Shown here: piece after piece, positions 59,348 through 64,000 of the stretch
Position numbering within the stretch: position 1 is the stretch's first letter
Layout: every line of letters begins with the position of its first letter
Origin: Tubulanus polymorphus
Lineage: Eukaryota; Animalia; Nemertea
Direction: 5' to 3'
Length of the DNA: 64,000 nt
Assembly: GCF_964204645.1 (NCBI RefSeq)
Contig: NW_027437439.1
Coordinates: 62,001 to 126,000 of the forward strand
Made by a program: the position numbers and the translations under genes
Notes under the pieces: generated by a model
The model's database searches: none
Seen by the model: only the letters and a program-made list of their open reading frames with translations
Told to the model about the DNA's origin: nothing

Positions 59348-60295
59348 CGGAGTAGAGTCTGCGTCTCGAGGTTTGGAGATGTTGCTTTACTCGGAGTAGA
59401 GTCTGCGTCTCGAGGTTTGGAGATGGTGCTTTAGTCGGAGTAGAGTCTGCGTCTCGAGGTTTGGAGATGGTGCTTTAGTCGGAGTAGAGTCTGCGTCTCG
59501 AGGTTTGGAGATGGTGCTTTAGTCGGAGTAGAGTCTGCGTCTCGAGGTTTGGAGATGGTGCTTTAGTCGGAGTAGAGTCTGCGTCTCGAGGTTTGGAGAT
59601 GGTGCTTTAGTCGGAGTAGAGTCTGCGTCTCGAGGTTTGGAGATGGTGCTTTAGTCGGAGTAGAGTCTGCGTCTCGAGGTTTGGAGATGGTGCTTTAGTC
59701 GGAGTAGAGTCTGCGTCTCGAGGTTTGGAGATGGTGCTTTAGTCGGAGTAGAGTCTGCGTCTCGAGGTTTGGAGATGGTGCTTTAGTCGGAGTAGAGTCT
59801 GCGTCTCGAGGTTTGGAGATGGTGCTTTAGTCGGAGTAGAGTCTGCGTCTCGAGGTTTGGAGATGGTGCTTTAGTCGGAGTAGAGTCTGCGTCTCGAGGT
59901 TTGGAGATGGTGCTTTAGTCGGAGTAGAGTCTGCGTCTCGAGGTTTGGAGATGGTGCTTTAGTCGGAGTAGAGTCTGCGTCTCGAGGTTTGGAGATGGTG
60001 CCTTAGTCGGAGTAGAGTCTGCGTCTCGAGGTTTGGAGATGGTGCCTTAGTCGGAGTAGAGTCTGCGTCTCGAGGTTTGGAGATGGTGCCTTAGTCGGAG
60101 TAGAGTCTGCGTCTCGAGGTTTGGAGATGGTGCCTTAGTCGGAGTAGAGTCTGCGTCTCGAGGTTTGGAGATGGTGCCTTAGTCGGAGTAGAGTCTGCGT
60201 CTCGAGGTTTGGAGATGGAGTGGAGTCTGCATCTCGAGGTTTGGAGATGGTGCTTTAGTCGGAGTTGAGTCTGCGTCTCGAGATTTGAAGATGTT
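59348..60295. repeat. 44-bp minisatellite, about 21 copies
   Basis: Unit ggagtagagtctgcgtctcgaggtttggagatggtgc(t/c)ttagtc, head-to-tail with no spacers. Confidence 0.97.
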
Positions 60296-61649
60296 GCTGT
60301 AACTCAAATATAGCCGGCTGAAAAACGGAAACGAAAATCGGATAATCGTCAAGCTATTGAAGAAGATTGAATATGCAAAATGTAAGGATGGGTGTAGTTT
60401 AATATAATTACCTTATCTTAATGTACAGATACCGAAACAGCAAAATGTGGGTTGATGCGGTTCCCAATGCAGCAGCAGCAGCAGACTAGTTAGGACGTTG
60501 CGACAAACGAGTTGTGTACATGTAGTTGTCAGTAGTAGCGAACTGGTTTCGGTTTAACCCTAAAAAGACACAATATTCATAATGTATGAATGTGCGCGAA
60601 ATAGAACATCGGAAATCAGCGACAACAGCAACTAGTCTTCATCAGCAAATTAGCCGTAATCTGTTTGTAGTTGAAATCAGACATCAACAGCAGCAGCAGC
60701 AGTATCGGGATCTCCACCGCAATCATCAGCATCAACAGCCGCCAGTCTCATCTTGCGTTCTCAATCGCTAGGCGTCACAAATTCCTTCACGTTCCAGTCT
60801 CTCCTAACATCATCAGCCGCTTATCAGTAGGTTGTTTGCTTAAAGCCACACGTTCTTCACGCCTTGTTGCAGAGCTCTTATAGGTCGACCTTCATCACTG
60901 GACATCGGTTCTCGGACTGGCACCGGGCGGCTCGAAACGCGCTTCTAATACCTACGTCAACCAATCAACGACGGTGCATCATCGATGCGACCGGAATGGG
61001 TCAATCAGAAAGCTCGATCGCGCATTCCTGTGACAGACCCGAGTCCGTGACGCTAATCCGAAAGAACTATTCAATTCGTGCCAAACATTTTCAATGGGGC
61101 CTACAGGTCATCGAGTTTAATTCGACTATTCATAGAGGCACATATTGTTTAAGATAGAAATATCGAATGCTACGATTTTTGCCTAAAATTGTAAGCTGAA
61201 ATTTTATCTAAACTATCCAACAAACTTTAGTGTAGATTTCCCTTCTATTTACGTCTTGTTTTAAACTATAATACCGGCTCAATTTTACTATTTTCGAGTT
61301 TTGCTTTAGGATATCGAAGTTTGCTTAAGGGTTTGTGCAGTGACGCGGCACTATTGTGTAGTAGAGCGTATGGCAGGTCTCCAGTGAGTAATTCTCTATT
61401 GGATAGAGTCGTTTTGAATCCGAATTTATACACAAGTTCACCAGACATCGCCGCGTACACATCTTCTTTAACCGAAATCTGGTGAAGTTAAAAAAATTAT
61501 CAAAGTTTTATCATCAGTTGAGAAAGAACTGTGATTGATCACCGCGCGCCAAATAGTCGCTTGGATTTCTTCAGTCTGAGGAATTGAATAAATATAAAAA
61601 AATTTCCCAAACCCTCACCACTAAACTTAAAATAACAAACTAATATTGT

Positions 61650-61935
61650 AAAAAAGTCGAAGGTCCCTGGGGGAATTACTCCGCAGCCTGGACCGGTATT
61701 GTGGGATAAATAAATAATTCAGCCAGAAACGACTGAATTAAACATAATTTACCCCACACCAGTTATTTTGTAGGACTCACGCATTAGCAACCTCATTCCA
61801 GGGAGGACAGTACTCTCGACTCGCCCGCTTACCGGAGATCATTTGCCACATCCTGACCCGCCTCCTCCGAGACTCGAACCCGGGCCACAGCGGTGACACG
61901 CTAGTCGCCGACCGACTAAGCCATCCGGTCCGCCC
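61650..61935 (-). mobile_element. tRNA-derived SINE
   Basis: Minus strand: A box tggcttagtcgg, B box ggttcgagtc, about 200-bp body ending in a T run. Confidence 0.6.
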
Positions 61936-64000
61936 GATTGTGATAGGAAAACATTCTAACATGTAACTACGTGTAACCATGTTACATGTACATATACCAT
62001 GTACATGTAACCATCGATTTCAAATTTGATTCATGCAACTGATTTCATACGTCATCTGATGCTGTATTTTGTCGAGATACATTTGGTTGACGAAAAGTGG
62101 CTTAATTACATCAGCAAACTGCAGAATTTCTTTTCTATTGCGTCTGGCAAATCCGGTAAAATCCACCGAATTACTCATTAATTCGTTAAATTTGTATTTA
62201 TCTCGGATTTAGCTTTAACTCACAACTGTGCCACCGGGTGCCACCGTATCAACGCGGCGAACCATTCGTTTCAGGATTCGAACCCAACGGCAGAGTAGAA
62301 ATTTTGAATTATTTCTGTTTAGGAAATTAAGGTTAGGTTAGGTTTAAGCTTAGTCGAACAGATGACGGACCCTAGTTATAGCAAACTGAAAAACAGTAGA
62401 CTCAATCGTAACTCGAATCGATTGTGATCTCAGTGATTTGTGTTTGAATTCCAATTAAACAACGGAAATCTGATTGCCAGCATTGAATGTAATGATTCCA
62501 ATATTTGTTTTCGGAGTTTCAATGCTTATTCGACTTGAAGAGATTCGAGTAACGAGTAATCTAACGATTTATCAGATATAAACAATCGAAAACATTTGCT
62601 TCATTGCATATTGGGTCATACAATCCACATCGTATATGTTGTAACCCGCTTTAATCGTCTGACACTAAAACCGTTCTAGATTCTGTATTTAGACGCGAGA
62701 CAAATATGAAAATTATTGAGAAATAACTAAAATTGTGGCTTCGTCACCTGACGCTCAATAACACAAAACTTTTGCAGGGATTTACTGAAACTGAAGTGTC
62801 CGTTCAAACTTTTAAATTGGCATTAAGTGCAAAATATAAAACCAATTCTAAACACATTTGACCTGGTCCTGAGTTGATACGGGCAATTCGGCAGTATAGG
62901 AAGGTGGGCTAGACTATAACGGGCACCGAGGAGTCGAGTAAAGGTTTGTGAAAGGTTGCCAAAATATATATATTTGAATGAAGTGTGGGTTTGACTATTT
63001 CACGGAATGGCTTCTTATTGTAATAATGTTTTAAATGTGTAAGTCACCGGTTCCGGAGATTGTGGTTCTAAACAACGCAACAGATGTCGCCTTCGCTTAA
63101 TTTACACTCGTCGTATAGTTTTCTCAGGAGACCGAGGAGGTTAGCTCGGTGGGAACAGGACGGCGCTCCGGCCCACAGACTGATGGAGGTTAGAAACTGA
63201 CTTTCACCGAGATGGTTATTGCGCTTTGCGTCCTGTCAGACGTCAACTTCGCTCACAAATCCTCAAGCTCGTGCCACTAATTTCCCTATTTACTGAATTA
63301 CTGTAGAGATTGATTTAAAAGTTGAAAAATAATGTGCTTTTAACTGGTATCTGGCTGATGAATGGAGATGTCATTAACTTTAGCGAGTAGAGCCTCATCA
63401 GAAATGATTTTGTCCCAGAAACCGTTTTTACATTCGAATAAACTTTGTACAATTTTGAATAAAAGTCATGTAGGAATCAAGGTTTCAAATTTGTCATTTT
63501 ATTTAAATCTGCAACAAGTGTAAATTACGAGTCTCCTTTATTTTAATAATTCTTGCTCAGTCACACGTATAAAACCAATAAACCAAATACAATACATCGG
63601 AATAGTGAAGCTGATCTTTGAGTGAATACCTGGGTTAGTTGAATAAAAAGTTTTATAATCAGTTTATTATCTTCGGTTATAAATATATCCGAAAAATGAC
63701 ATCTGTTGCGTTTTCTAAGAACCACCCAGTAGAGTTTGGATGCTGTAACGACGCTTTGCTCATATGCTGGTGCTGTATAAGGACTTCTCTCCGCTGCTGG
63801 TTCAAGGTTCCGATAACGATATACATTTGACAATGTCGCGTTCCTCTAGGTAAGTGAAGTGTTTAGCGATTTGAAATAGTCAAAACCAAGATAGAAACTT
63901 TCGAAATAATGCATTTATTAATAACCATTTCGAATTCTCTTGAACTTCGAGCGTTTGGTGTGTTGACGAAACCCATTATTTCGGTATTTCTATGAAAAGT

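Noticed and set aside
59348-60295. CRISPR array
   Set aside because: Units are head-to-tail with no unique spacers, there are no cas genes, and the context is eukaryotic.
63170-63210. Second hammerhead ribozyme (ctgatgg...gaaac)
   Set aside because: The core is CTGATGG rather than CTGANGA and stem II cannot form.

Overview
Eukaryotic genomic DNA, probably from a marine invertebrate. Bases 2502-26338 are a near-complete, recently inactivated, AT-rich Polinton/Maverick (adintovirus-like) element. It encodes a protein-primed PolB with OTU-like protease and endonuclease VII domains, an rve integrase with chromodomain, an A32-like packaging ATPase, major and minor capsid proteins, an HNH nuclease and several membrane proteins. 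No adenain protease is visible. It carries a 4,034-bp internal tandem duplication and a 5'-truncated Penelope retroelement with a hammerhead ribozyme inside pPolB. Two features stand out. (i) 14 of 17 genes start with TAAATG, preceded either by a T6-7 run (mostly the capsid/membrane block) or by an A-rich/TGTA box. This is the architecture of poxvirus late and intermediate promoters and suggests a virophage-like element transcribed by a poxvirus-like helper. (ii) Both termini are long fold-back hairpins whose two arms share end-specific variants. The right end interrupts one of three tandem copies of a large, intron-poor GRL101-like GPCR gene (CUB, C-type lectin, LDLa, LRR, 7TM), two of which look intact and have hypervariable ectodomain patches. 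The rest of the window holds an orphan TRPV-like exon, the last two exons of RCC1L, a decayed LINE, SINE/MITE-like repeats, a long (CTG)n tract and a 44-bp minisatellite.
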